From assembly GCA_965279305.1 (NCBI GenBank), contig OZ257143.1:720001-752000 (forward strand): a stretch of DNA of 32,000 bases, in the 5' to 3' direction. Origin of the DNA: Gammaproteobacteria bacterium. GTDB taxonomy: Bacteria > Pseudomonadota > Gammaproteobacteria > JBIOEC01. Positions 7,692 to 16,986 of this stretch are shown piece after piece. Position numbers and translations under genes: made by a program. Position 1 is the first letter of the stretch, and each line of letters begins with the position of its first letter. The notes under the pieces are model-generated. The model saw nothing but the letters and a program-made list of their open reading frames with translations. It was not told the origin of the DNA and did not search any database.

Positions 7692-10256
7692 ATGAGTAAA
7701 GCCAAAACAAGCAAGAAAACGACGACGAAAAAATCTTCAGATAAAATTGAAGCACTGCCTGCTAAAAAAGCGGTTAAAAAGCCATCAAGCAGTGCTGCCA
7801 AAAAAACAGTAAAAACCAAAACAACTGCTGCTAAAAAGCCAAGCAGCAAAGCAGCTAAAAAAGCCCCTGCAGCTAAAAGCACTAAAGTAGCTAAAGCAAA
7901 AAAAACGTCGGCAGCAGACAAAAGCAAAAAAGTCAGTAAAGAAACCATTGTTCCTAGAAAATTTAAACCAACAGAAAATCTGTTAATTGTAGAGTCTCCT
8001 GCTAAATCTAAAACCTTAACCAAATATTTGGGGCCTACATTTACTATTCTGGCATCTTACGGACATGTACGTGATTTAGTGCCTAAAGAAGGTGCAGTAG
8101 ATCCTGAGCATGATTTCAAAATGCGTTATGATCTTATCGAAAAAAATGCTAAACATGTTGAAAATATAATTTCGGCTCTTGAAAATGCTAGTAACCTCTA
8201 TCTAGCAACGGATCCTGACCGCGAAGGAGAAGCCATTGCTTGGCATTTATATGAAATATTAAAAGAAAGAGGCGTGTTAGCGGGCAAAAAAGTTCAGCGT
8301 GTAGTCTTTAACGAAATTACTAAAACTGCAGTAACGGATGCTATTCAAAATCCTCGTAACTTGGCAATGCCATTAATCAATGCGCAGCAAGCACGTAGAG
8401 CATTAGATTATTTAGTAGGATTTAATTTATCACCGCTTTTATGGAAAAAAGTGAGAAGAGGACTTTCTGCAGGCCGTGTGCAAAGCCCAGCCTTACGACT
8501 TATTGTAGAAAGAGAATTAGAAATTGAAGCTTTTAATAGCCAAGAATACTGGAGTATTTTGGCCCATGCCGCTCATCACAAACAAGCCTTCTCAGCCAAA
8601 TTAAACGAATATCAAGGTGAAAAGCTTACCCAATTTAGTGTAACCAATACAGAACAAGCTACAGATATGCGTGATGCCTTATTAAAATCGGCTAAAGGCG
8701 AATTACGTGTTAATAAAGTAGAGCGTAAACAGCGCAAACGCAATCCGGCGCCTCCTTTTATCACTTCAACCTTACAACAAGAAGCCGCGCGAAAACTAGG
8801 CTTTACAGCACAACGTACTATGCGTACGGCGCAGCAATTATATGAAGGTGTGGATGTAGGTGGTGGTGCTTCGGGTCTTATTACTTATATGCGTACTGAC
8901 TCTGTGCATTTAGCTCAAGAAGCTTTAATCGATATTCGCGCTGCTATTGAAGATAAATATGGTAAAGCTGCCGTGCCAGATGAACCTCGTTTTTATAAAA
9001 CGAAAGCAAAAAATGCACAAGAAGCGCATGAGGCTATTCGCCCCACTTCTGCATTTAGAACACCTGAAAGCATTCGCTCTGCCTTATCAGAAGAACAATA
9101 TAAATTATATAAACTGATTTATAACCGTACCTTAGCTTGCCAAATGATTTCTGCCACCATTGATACCGTTTCAGTGGATTTGATTAGCGGCGAAAACAAT
9201 ATGTGGCGTGCTAGTGGTTCTACCGTGGTTGATCCCGGATTTTTATCTGTATATGAAGAAGGCGTGGACGACCAGAAAAAAGAAGATGGCGAGGATATGA
9301 CTCTGCCTAACTTTAAAGAAGGTGAGATAGTTACTTTAGACGATATTGAAAACAAACAACATTTTACAGAACCACCACCACGTTATTCAGAAGCTTCTTT
9401 AGTAAAAGCCTTAGAAGAATTTGGTATTGGTCGTCCTTCTACTTATGCATCAATTATTTCTACTTTGCAACATCGTGAATATGCCGAATTAGATAATAAA
9501 CGATTTAAACCTACTGATGTAGGCCGTATTGTGACTAAATTCTTAACCGAATATTTTGCTAATTACGTAGATTATGATTTTACCGCCAAAATGGAAGATG
9601 AGTTAGATTCTATTGCACGCCATGAAAAAGAATGGGTACCTGTATTAACAGAGTTTTGGAAACCTTTTCATGACCAAGTGGAATTAATTAATACCACGGT
9701 AAAACGTAGTGATGTGACGCAAGAAAAGATAGAGGAAAAATGCCCTAAATGTGGCGCTCCTTTAAGTATTCGTTTAGGAAGACGCGGGCGCTTTATTGGT
9801 TGTACCGCTTATCCTGAGTGTGATTACACCCGCAGCATGGATGAAACTAAAGAAGAATCATTAGCACCTTCGGTAGTAGAAGGGCGCATGTGTGCTGAAT
9901 GTAATTCACCATTAGTGATCCGTCATGGGCGTTTTGGTAAATTTATTGGGTGTAGTAATTATCCCAAGTGTAAACATATTGAACCTTTGCAGCAGCCTAA
10001 AGATACTTCCGTGACATGTCCTTCTTGTCACCAAGGTACTATGCTTCAACGTCGTTCACGTCGGGGCAAAATCTTTTTCTCCTGCTCACGTTATCCTACT
10101 TGTGATTATGCAATATGGAACGAGCCTGTGGCTAAACTGTGCCCTGAATGTAAATGGCCGGTGATGACTATTAAAGTAACTAAACGAAATGGACATCAAT
10201 TGGTTTGCCCACAAAAAAATTGCGGCCACACCGAACCTTATCATCCCCCCGAATAA
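7692..10256 (+). CDS. topA: DNA topoisomerase I with a ~94-aa lysine-rich N-terminal extension and four C-terminal C4 zinc ribbons
   Basis: TOPRIM motifs LLIVESPAKSKT and DPDREGE are present, along with the active-site block GLITYMRTDS (E. coli GYITYMRTDS). There are four CxxC...CxxC modules (CPKC..CTAYPEC, CAEC..CSNYPKC, CPSC..CSRYPTC, CPEC..CPQKNC). ATG 7692 is the only ATG or GTG start upstream of the TOPRIM domain. Confidence 0.95.
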   Translation: MSKAKTSKKTTTKKSSDKIEALPAKKAVKKPSSSAAKKTVKTKTTAAKKPSSKAAKKAPAAKSTKVAKAKKTSAADKSKKVSKETIVPRKFKPTENLLIVESPAKSKTLTKYLGPTFTILASYGHVRDLVPKEGAVDPEHDFKMRYDLIEKNAKHVENIISALENASNLYLATDPDREGEAIAWHLYEILKERGVLAGKKVQRVVFNEITKTAVTDAIQNPRNLAMPLINAQQARRALDYLVGFNLSPLLWKKVRRGLSAGRVQSPALRLIVERELEIEAFNSQEYWSILAHAAHHKQAFSAKLNEYQGEKLTQFSVTNTEQATDMRDALLKSAKGELRVNKVERKQRKRNPAPPFITSTLQQEAARKLGFTAQRTMRTAQQLYEGVDVGGGASGLITYMRTDSVHLAQEALIDIRAAIEDKYGKAAVPDEPRFYKTKAKNAQEAHEAIRPTSAFRTPESIRSALSEEQYKLYKLIYNRTLACQMISATIDTVSVDLISGENNMWRASGSTVVDPGFLSVYEEGVDDQKKEDGEDMTLPNFKEGEIVTLDDIENKQHFTEPPPRYSEASLVKALEEFGIGRPSTYASIISTLQHREYAELDNKRFKPTDVGRIVTKFLTEYFANYVDYDFTAKMEDELDSIARHEKEWVPVLTEFWKPFHDQVELINTTVKRSDVTQEKIEEKCPKCGAPLSIRLGRRGRFIGCTAYPECDYTRSMDETKEESLAPSVVEGRMCAECNSPLVIRHGRFGKFIGCSNYPKCKHIEPLQQPKDTSVTCPSCHQGTMLQRRSRRGKIFFSCSRYPTCDYAIWNEPVAKLCPECKWPVMTIKVTKRNGHQLVCPQKNCGHTEPYHPPE

Positions 10257-10279
10257 AATAGTACAGTGAAATGCAAGAC

Positions 10280-10309
10280 AAAAAAAACCCCGGAAATCCG
10301 GGGTTTTTT
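10280..10309. terminator. Bidirectional rho-independent terminator between convergent topA and the DMT transporter gene
   Basis: The structure is A8 (10280-10287), stem ccccgg (10288-10293), loop aaat, stem ccgggg (10298-10303), then T6 (10304-10309). It is symmetric, with an A-run on one side and a T-run on the other. Confidence 0.85.
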
Positions 10310-10323
10310 GCGAGGCAGAGAAA

Positions 10324-11265
10324 TTACTTCTTACGAGATTTTTTTGCTGGAGTGTGAGTAGTAGATGAAAATAATTTGTTCATCCAAGGTAATCTTTCTT
10401 CTACTAAAATGATAGAAAGCATTACCAGCACTAATACACATAATAATTCTTTGGTTAGCATTTCATGTGTAAAGAATACAGCAATCAATACACCAACTAC
10501 GGGAACTAAATAGTTGGTAAGAGAAGCAAATGTAGCACCTGCAGAGCTTACAAGCTTAATGTAAAGTACATAAACTGCACCGCTACAGAAAGCACCTAAG
10601 AACAATAAAGACACATTAATATTGAAAGACTGGGACATAACAGGGTATTGTCCGCGAACGGCAATTAACCCTAGCATGATAACACCGGCAATTCCTAGAA
10701 TGTTTCTCGCTGAAACAAATGGAGATACTTTAGAAGGAATTTTGCTAATTAATACTAGTCCCAAGCCTATGCTGGCGGAAGAAATTAACAAAGCAACTTC
10801 ACCCATTCTGCTCATCATTAATTGGCCGCCATGAATATCTTTCCAGAAAAGAGCAACGATAGCACCGAAGCCGATTAAAATGCCTACAAACTTTTGGAAG
10901 CCGAAAGCCATTTTACGATTAATGAACGCATCTAAAACAAAAGTGAATAAAGGAACGGTTCCAAGCAAGATTGCCGCTACACCGATATCAACAGTTTTTA
11001 ATGCAAATGAAATAAAGATAAAAGGGATAACGCCTTCAAATAAACTAATGAAAAGAAGCTTAACCCAAACATCACCCGTACAATCTTGTTTTTCTTTCAG
11101 ATAAATAATAACACCAGTCAAAAAGATAGCGCCAATAAATGCGCGTAACATCGCTATCTGTAAGGGGGTGTATTCTGTAAGAAGAACGGAGGTGAAGATA
11201 AACTGGCTCCCCCAAATAAGTGATACAAGTAACAAAAACAGATAATGATGATCTCTGGTAAGCAT
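10324..11265 (-). CDS. DMT superfamily (EamA-like) transporter
   Basis: The protein has about 10 predicted hydrophobic helices in a two-fold EamA-like arrangement. I chose the start at internal Met (MLTRDHHYLF, ATG at 11265) because GGAGA lies 8 nt upstream. The ORF extends to 11352. Confidence 0.75.
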   Translation of the reverse strand: MLTRDHHYLFLLLVSLIWGSQFIFTSVLLTEYTPLQIAMLRAFIGAIFLTGVIIYLKEKQDCTGDVWVKLLFISLFEGVIPFIFISFALKTVDIGVAAILLGTVPLFTFVLDAFINRKMAFGFQKFVGILIGFGAIVALFWKDIHGGQLMMSRMGEVALLISSASIGLGLVLISKIPSKVSPFVSARNILGIAGVIMLGLIAVRGQYPVMSQSFNINVSLLFLGAFCSGAVYVLYIKLVSSAGATFASLTNYLVPVVGVLIAVFFTHEMLTKELLCVLVLVMLSIILVEERLPWMNKLFSSTTHTPAKKSRKK

Positions 11266-11429
11266 AAATTTTCTCCGTAAAATTAATGAGCCGGCCCAGG
11301 TACTGATGTGAGACGAGGTGATGAAGTGGAGTATAACGGATTTCATAATCACTTAAAAGAGTCTATTGCACTTTTTATTCCATATGATAAGGTGTGCTCA
11401 TACTTTTTTGTGAATATAGACAATAAACT

Positions 11430-12191
11430 ATGGAATATTGTGATCCTAATTGGGCGAATATTTTTGAAGCAAATCATCTAGGCAATTTTGATGCATGGTG
11501 GGATCTAGATTTACCTACGGTTGATAGTGGAAATTTTGGGCGTGGTGGTCGTAGCCTTGTCAGTCGCTATGTGATCCGCATGCCAGATGGAAAAAAACAA
11601 GCCATTTATATCAAAAAACAACAAAACTATAACTGCTCGAGCTGGAAATCACCTTTCTCTGGAATACCTACTTTTGAACGAGAGTATATCAATTGGAAAC
11701 GTCTTAAGGGTTTAGGTATCGGCACTTACGATTTAGCGTATTTTGCAAAAAGACGTGAAGGGAAAGATATGCAGGCTGTTTTAGTGAGTATTGAATTACC
11801 TGCTATCGATTTGGTCGAATACACAGAAAATAAAGTATATCAAAACGCTCCAGCCATTTTTAAGCAGCGTCGACAAATTATTTTTAATACAGCACGTATG
11901 CTAAGAAAAATGCATGATGCGGGTTTAAAGCATGGTCATTTATCACCTAAACATGTTTTTGTGGGTGGGTTACCAGAGCATATGAGAATGTATCTAATTG
12001 ATATGGAATTAATGCGTAAAATATGGTGGCGTTATTTTGCAATGCTAAATGACTTATCTCGTTTTTCAAAACGAATGAAAGAGTGCAAACAAACTGAGCG
12101 CATGCGATTTCTGTTGGATTATTTGGGCGAACCCAGATTAACACCTAAAGTGAAACGTATTTGGAAAGCGATTGGAAAGAGAATTAAATGA
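11430..12191 (+). CDS. Lipopolysaccharide kinase (Kdo/WaaP/InaA) family protein, with an atypical catalytic loop
   Basis: The kinase-like layout runs IYIKKQQ (candidate ATP-binding Lys), ...RKMHDAGLKHGHLSPKHVFV (catalytic-loop equivalent), ...YLIDMEL (metal-binding Asp). The stop overlaps the aroE start (ATGA at 12188-12191). Confidence 0.6.
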   Translation: MEYCDPNWANIFEANHLGNFDAWWDLDLPTVDSGNFGRGGRSLVSRYVIRMPDGKKQAIYIKKQQNYNCSSWKSPFSGIPTFEREYINWKRLKGLGIGTYDLAYFAKRREGKDMQAVLVSIELPAIDLVEYTENKVYQNAPAIFKQRRQIIFNTARMLRKMHDAGLKHGHLSPKHVFVGGLPEHMRMYLIDMELMRKIWWRYFAMLNDLSRFSKRMKECKQTERMRFLLDYLGEPRLTPKVKRIWKAIGKRIK

Positions 12192-13006
12192 AAAAAAATT
12201 ATCTAGCCTTATTCGGAGAGAATATCTCACAGAGTTACTCTCCTTATTTCCATCAAGAGTTTATTAAACAATTTCCTGATGAACTAGTTGAACCGTTAGT
12301 ATATGAAAAAATTTCAGTGACTCCTTATAACTTTAATTTTTTATGGTTAAAGTTTTTAGCAAAAAGTGGAATGGGCGCGAATGTGACAGCACCTTGTAAG
12401 CGCTTAGCATTTTCTTTATGCACTCGCACCAGCAAAGCCGCTAAAAAAGCAGGCAGCATTAATACTATTCGTGTAGAAAGCGAAACCGAATGGTATGGCG
12501 ATAATACTGACGGTATTGGTTTTATTCGAGATATTGTTGATTACCACGGTCATTCCTTAAAAGGAAAACGTATTTTAGTATTGGGCGCCGGTGGTGCTGC
12601 AGCGGGTATCATTCCTGCCATTGCAGAACAAGAACCTGAACAAATAATCGTAGCGAATCGTTCTTTAAAAAATGCTGAACTGATTGCCGAAAAAAACGCA
12701 GGAATATCTATTTATGATTTATCTACTATTCCAGCCGATTCTTTTGATTTTATTATTAACACCGCTACAGAGCTCCCTCTATCGGAACTGGCCATTTCAT
12801 TCAGCCCAGAATGTGTTGCTTATGATATTCGCTATACGCCTTCTGCTCAGCCTTTTAAGCAATGGGCCAAGCAAAAAGGAGCCGGTCATATTTATGATGG
12901 TTATGGCATGTTATTAGAGCAAGCAGCAGCCTCGTTTGCGGTATGGTTTGGGGTTCAGCCTCGCACCGATATCTTGCGGCAAAAGCCTGGCCATCATAAT
13001 CCATAA
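12188..13006 (+). CDS. aroE: Shikimate dehydrogenase
   Basis: Motifs SYSPYFH, GANVTAPCK, GDNTDGIGF and the NADP-binding GAGGAA are present and collinear with E. coli AroE. Confidence 0.88.
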   Translation: MKKNYLALFGENISQSYSPYFHQEFIKQFPDELVEPLVYEKISVTPYNFNFLWLKFLAKSGMGANVTAPCKRLAFSLCTRTSKAAKKAGSINTIRVESETEWYGDNTDGIGFIRDIVDYHGHSLKGKRILVLGAGGAAAGIIPAIAEQEPEQIIVANRSLKNAELIAEKNAGISIYDLSTIPADSFDFIINTATELPLSELAISFSPECVAYDIRYTPSAQPFKQWAKQKGAGHIYDGYGMLLEQAAASFAVWFGVQPRTDILRQKPGHHNP

Positions 13007-13058
13007 TATGGTATAGTGCGCCATTAATTACGCTGAAAATATGAGAAAGGAGCGCTCT

Positions 13059-13712
13059 ATGATTAAGAAAATGACACAGCTAGTAGGCTTAAATATATTA
13101 TTGGTAGCCGCATTAGTTGGTTGTGAAAAAAAGCAGGAAGCAGAACAAAATAACAGCTCTACAGAAACAACCCAAGGGGAAGCTACCGTGAATAATTCGC
13201 TCGTTAAAGTTGACACTAATTTAGGTTCATTCGTTATAGAATTGGATGAGCAAAAAGCCCCTATTACGGTAAAAAACTTCTTAAACTACGTAAATGAAGG
13301 ATATTACAGCGAAACCTTATTTCATCGCGTTATTCCTGGTTTTATGGTTCAAGGTGGCGGTTTTACTACCGATTTTGTGCAAAAAACCACCCAAGCCCCT
13401 ATTCAAAATGAGGCCAATAATGGACTTCGCAATTCAAGAGGAACGGTAGCTATGGCTCGTACCTCTGATCCTAATTCTGCTAGTGCGCAGTTTTTTATAA
13501 ACGTAGCGGATAATACCTTCTTAGATTACACCTCTCCAACACCACAAGGTTGGGGATATGCAGTATTCGGCCGTGTGGTAGAGGGTATGGATATTGTAGA
13601 TGTGATTTCTAAACAAAAAACCAGTACTCGTGCTGGCCATGCGGATGTTCCTACCAACAATGTAGTGATTGAATCTATCCAAGTGGTGGAACTTCCTGAT
13701 CCTAATCAATAA
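13059..13712 (+). CDS. Cyclophilin-type peptidyl-prolyl cis-trans isomerase, predicted lipoprotein
   Basis: The cyclophilin core [15 protein letters not shown] and SAQFFIN are present. The N-terminal signal ends in the lipobox-like LVGC. I chose the start at ATG 13059 because aaggag lies 7 nt upstream. The ORF opens at 13041. Confidence 0.85.
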   Translation: MIKKMTQLVGLNILLVAALVGCEKKQEAEQNNSSTETTQGEATVNNSLVKVDTNLGSFVIELDEQKAPITVKNFLNYVNEGYYSETLFHRVIPGFMVQGGGFTTDFVQKTTQAPIQNEANNGLRNSRGTVAMARTSDPNSASAQFFINVADNTFLDYTSPTPQGWGYAVFGRVVEGMDIVDVISKQKTSTRAGHADVPTNNVVIESIQVVELPDPNQ

Positions 13713-13718
13713 GCTTTA

Positions 13719-14426
13719 ATGGATAATAGTATGATATTAACATTCCAAAAAACAAAACTGGTCAGTATCTTTTTAGTTGCCGCAAGTTTTTGCGTTGTTC
13801 CTGCATGGGCGGATGAAACCGTTGCTATTCAAGGTAATGCTGCAGCAGGCGCCAAAAAAATAACCACCTGTGTTGCTTGTCATGGTACTGATGGAAATTC
13901 ACCTATCTCTGCTAATCCTAATTTGGCAGGACAGCATGAGCAATATCTTTTAGATGTGTTACGCGAATATAAAAATGGCGAACGTAGTAATCCTATTATG
14001 GCTGGAATGGTTGCTAATTTATCGGAGCAAGATATGGCTGATTTAGCGGCTTATTTTGCTAGCCAAAAAGAAAATATTGGCGAAACTGATCCTGCGTTGC
14101 TTCAAAGAGGGCAGCAATTATATCGTGCGGGTGATAAGAACAAAGACATTCCTGCCTGTATTGGTTGCCATGGTCCTACGGGTGAAGGTAATGGTCCTGC
14201 TCTTTTTCCTAAAATAGCGGGTCAAAACCCTGATTATATTATGGCAGCACTAAAATCTTACCAGCAAGAAGGCGTGCGTGATAATGTGATGATGCAAGAT
14301 ATTGCCAGCAAAATGTCTGATAGCGATATGCTAGCAGTGTCTAGCTATATTTATGGGTTATACCCAGCAGGTGTTGAATTACCAAAAGATAAAACAACGG
14401 ATACAAAAGCGCCTACAGATAAATAA
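13719..14426 (+). CDS. Dihaem cytochrome c4
   Basis: There is a signal peptide and two haem-binding CxxCH sites (CVACHG, CIGCHG) in duplicated ~100-aa halves. The gene sits next to dsbA, which is a common arrangement. Confidence 0.85.
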   Translation: MDNSMILTFQKTKLVSIFLVAASFCVVPAWADETVAIQGNAAAGAKKITTCVACHGTDGNSPISANPNLAGQHEQYLLDVLREYKNGERSNPIMAGMVANLSEQDMADLAAYFASQKENIGETDPALLQRGQQLYRAGDKNKDIPACIGCHGPTGEGNGPALFPKIAGQNPDYIMAALKSYQQEGVRDNVMMQDIASKMSDSDMLAVSSYIYGLYPAGVELPKDKTTDTKAPTDK

Positions 14427-14446
14427 CTAAAACACAAGGAGTGTTT

Positions 14447-15082
14447 ATGAAACAGTTTTTACTAAAATGTGTGGCTTTTAATATAGCGTTATTAGGCATG
14501 GTGGGAATAGCGAATGCAGCCATAGAGCAAGGCAAACAATATACACTGATTGAACCTGCTGTTATGGTTACTACACCAAATAACGAAGTAGAAGTGATAG
14601 AATTTTTTAGTTACGGTTGCCCTCATTGCGCTACTTTAGAACCTTATTTTGCTGATTGGGCGCGCAAACAACCCAAAAATGTCATCGTAAAAAAAGTGCC
14701 CGTAGAATTTAATCCTGCCTGGGAAGTTTATGCAAAACTTTACTACACAGCTGAAGCGCTTAATATTACCGATAAAATGAATAAACCCTTATTTGATGCC
14801 ATTCAAAAAAATGTGAATGTTAAAGATGAAAACGTAGCGGCTAAATTATTTGCCGATCACGGTGTAGATCCTGCAAAATTTAAAGAAACCTATCATTCTT
14901 TTAAAGTGAATACAGCCTTGAATCAAGGACGCTTTCTAGTAAAACAATATAAAATTACGAAAGTACCTCAAATCATTGTGGATGGTCGTTACAGAACTGA
15001 TATGACTATGACAGCGGGTCCACAAGGTTTAGTAAAAGCATTAGACGAATTAGTAGTAAAAGCAAAACAACAACGCCAATAA
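14447..15082 (+). CDS. dsbA: Thiol:disulfide interchange protein DsbA
   Basis: There is a signal peptide and the thioredoxin-fold active site EFFSYGCPHC. ATG 14447 is preceded by aaggag 5 nt upstream. The track start at 14441 is a GTG. Confidence 0.88.
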   Translation: MKQFLLKCVAFNIALLGMVGIANAAIEQGKQYTLIEPAVMVTTPNNEVEVIEFFSYGCPHCATLEPYFADWARKQPKNVIVKKVPVEFNPAWEVYAKLYYTAEALNITDKMNKPLFDAIQKNVNVKDENVAAKLFADHGVDPAKFKETYHSFKVNTALNQGRFLVKQYKITKVPQIIVDGRYRTDMTMTAGPQGLVKALDELVVKAKQQRQ

Positions 15083-15098
15083 CTACTGAATAGAAAGT

Positions 15099-15857
15099 AT
15101 GGACAATGAAAAAACGTCCTTATCAGGAACATTACGGATCCTTACCTATAATATCCAAACAGGTATTGCCAGCCCTGGAATGCATAATTATGTAACCAAT
15201 AGCTGGCAATACTTACTTCCCACTCAAAAACGTTTTACCAATCTAGATAATATTGCACGTTTATTGCGGCATCAAGATATTGTGGCTTTGCAAGAAGTAG
15301 ATGCTGGCAGCCTGCGAACGCGATATGTGAATCAAGTAGAATATCTGGCACACCAAGCCAAATTTCCGCATTGGTATATTCAAACCAATCGAGATTTGGG
15401 TAAATGGGCGCAACATAGTAACGGTTTTTTAAGTCGCTTAAGCATCTTAGATGTGGAATATCATCCTTTGCCGGGTCGCGTGGGACGCGGAGCGATGTTG
15501 GCGAGCTTTACCCATAAAGGCAATACTTTTACGCTTATTAATGTGCATTTGGCTTTAGGTGGAAACGCACGGCGTTTGCAGCTTTCGTATCTTGCTGATT
15601 TAATTCGTGCACATGAAAATGTGATTATTCTAGGCGATATGAATTGTGGTGCACATCATGAAGATATTAATGATATTTTTGTGCCATTGGGTTTGAATTG
15701 TGCGAGCAAAGAAATTAAAACTTATCCAAGCTGGCGTCCGTGGAGAACGTTAGATCAAGTGTGGACGTCTTCTCATATTGAAGTGCGTAAAGTACAAGCT
15801 AAGCACTTTCTTTATTCAGATCATCTTCCTCTTTCAGTGGAAGTTTGCTTATCTTAA
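15099..15857 (+). CDS. Endonuclease/exonuclease/phosphatase (EEP) family protein
   Basis: EEP blocks LRILTYNIQ, ALQEVD, NVHL, GDMN and the C-terminal SDHLPL are present. No signal peptide is evident. Confidence 0.75.
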   Translation: MDNEKTSLSGTLRILTYNIQTGIASPGMHNYVTNSWQYLLPTQKRFTNLDNIARLLRHQDIVALQEVDAGSLRTRYVNQVEYLAHQAKFPHWYIQTNRDLGKWAQHSNGFLSRLSILDVEYHPLPGRVGRGAMLASFTHKGNTFTLINVHLALGGNARRLQLSYLADLIRAHENVIILGDMNCGAHHEDINDIFVPLGLNCASKEIKTYPSWRPWRTLDQVWTSSHIEVRKVQAKHFLYSDHLPLSVEVCLS

Positions 15858-16764
15858 AAGATAATGCGTAAGCCATAATCGAAATAATAACCATACTCAT
15901 ACCAAACAATTGAAGTGTACTAATCGTTTCGCCTAATGCAAGCCACGCAATAATAACGGTTGCAATAGGAACTACTGCGGTAGAAAGTGAAGCCATTGTG
16001 CTGTCTACTTTATCCGCACCCAAAAACCAGAATATAAAAAATAGTCCTGAGCCTAATCCAATGATGGCAATAATGCTCCATTGCACCGGAGATAATGCCA
16101 TAGTGCTCATATCTATGAATAAAAACATGAGTGGGAATAAAACAAGTGTATTGATAAAATTCATAATAATAGACACTAAAAGCAAGGGTATTTTCTGATG
16201 GTAAATTTTAGTTAACAGATAATATAAAGCTTCGGGAAACATGGCTAAGAAAATCATGAGATCGCCAAACAAAGAATGATTAAAATCAGCATGCAATACA
16301 TTATTAATACTAATTAAAAATAACCCTGCTGTAGCAAAACCTACGCATGCGGCTTTTATACCCGTCAGTTTTTCTTTTAAAAATATCCAGGAAAGAACTG
16401 CAATCAGTGCAGGAAGTGTGCTGGTAATAATACCTGCCACATTTGCATCGGTATAACGCAACCCAAAAACAATAAGTAAATTAAAAAGCGCGCCTGAGCA
16501 AAGTGCTTGAGCGGCAATAAAAAACCAATCTCTACGATTAAGCGTGCTTAAATGAGAGCGTATCGTTGCCTGTTTTCTTTCAAACATCCAGTAAAGCGGA
16601 AGCAGTAAAAGCGTAGCAAATAAAAATCGAAAACCGAGTTGAACAAACAAGGGCGTAGAATCGGCTAAAAATTTTGAACCTACAATATTAACACCCACCA
16701 TACTTTGGGCGATAACGAGAAACAAATAAGCAATGGGTAGGGAAATTATTATTTTAGTATTCAT
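15799..16764 (-). CDS. DMT superfamily (EamA-like) transporter
   Basis: The protein has ten hydrophobic segments and a two-repeat EamA architecture. Its acidic C-terminal tail overlaps the convergent EEP gene by 59 nt. Confidence 0.75.
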   Translation of the reverse strand: MNTKIIISLPIAYLFLVIAQSMVGVNIVGSKFLADSTPLFVQLGFRFLFATLLLLPLYWMFERKQATIRSHLSTLNRRDWFFIAAQALCSGALFNLLIVFGLRYTDANVAGIITSTLPALIAVLSWIFLKEKLTGIKAACVGFATAGLFLISINNVLHADFNHSLFGDLMIFLAMFPEALYYLLTKIYHQKIPLLLVSIIMNFINTLVLFPLMFLFIDMSTMALSPVQWSIIAIIGLGSGLFFIFWFLGADKVDSTMASLSTAVVPIATVIIAWLALGETISTLQLFGMSMVIISIMAYALSFKISKLPLKEEDDLNKESA

Positions 16765-16796
16765 TCGTTTACCGCCTATAAAAGTGGTTTACCCAA

Positions 16797-16874
16797 TGGT
16801 GCGCCCGAGAGGATTCGAACCTCTGACCTTTGGCTTCGGAGGCCAACACTCTATCCGGGCTGAGCTACGGGCGC
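16797..16874 (-). tRNA. tRNA-Arg (anticodon CCG)
   Basis: The reverse complement reads GCGCCCGTAGCTCAGCCCGGATAGAGTGTTGGCCTCCGAAGCCAAAGGTCAGAGGTTCGAATCCTCTCGGGCGCACCA. It has a 7-bp acceptor stem, the anticodon loop CT-CCG-AA, the T-loop GGTTCGAATCC and an encoded CCA. It closely resembles E. coli tRNA-Arg. Confidence 0.92.
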
Positions 16875-16886
16875 ATATGACCTGAC

Positions 16887-16895
16887 ATTATAACA
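16887..16895 (-). promoter_or_regulatory. Putative extended -10 promoter element for tRNA-Arg
   Basis: The minus strand reads TGTTATAAT (TGnTATAAT). It ends 12 nt upstream of the mature tRNA 5' end. Confidence 0.4.
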
Positions 16896-16986
16896 GGCAT
16901 GGAAAGCGAATAAAAATTTACGTATAATGTCCCTAGTAACGTGGTCTTAAAGACCTCTATTTTTTCTAGGACTTGAGGAGAGCAGC

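Noticed and set aside
7643-8023. 126-aa minus-strand ORF antisense to the 5' end of topA
   Set aside because: It mirrors the lysine/alanine codon repeats (AAA/GCT read in reverse give Leu/Phe/Ala runs). It has no SD or independent motifs and lies entirely inside the well-supported smg and topA genes.
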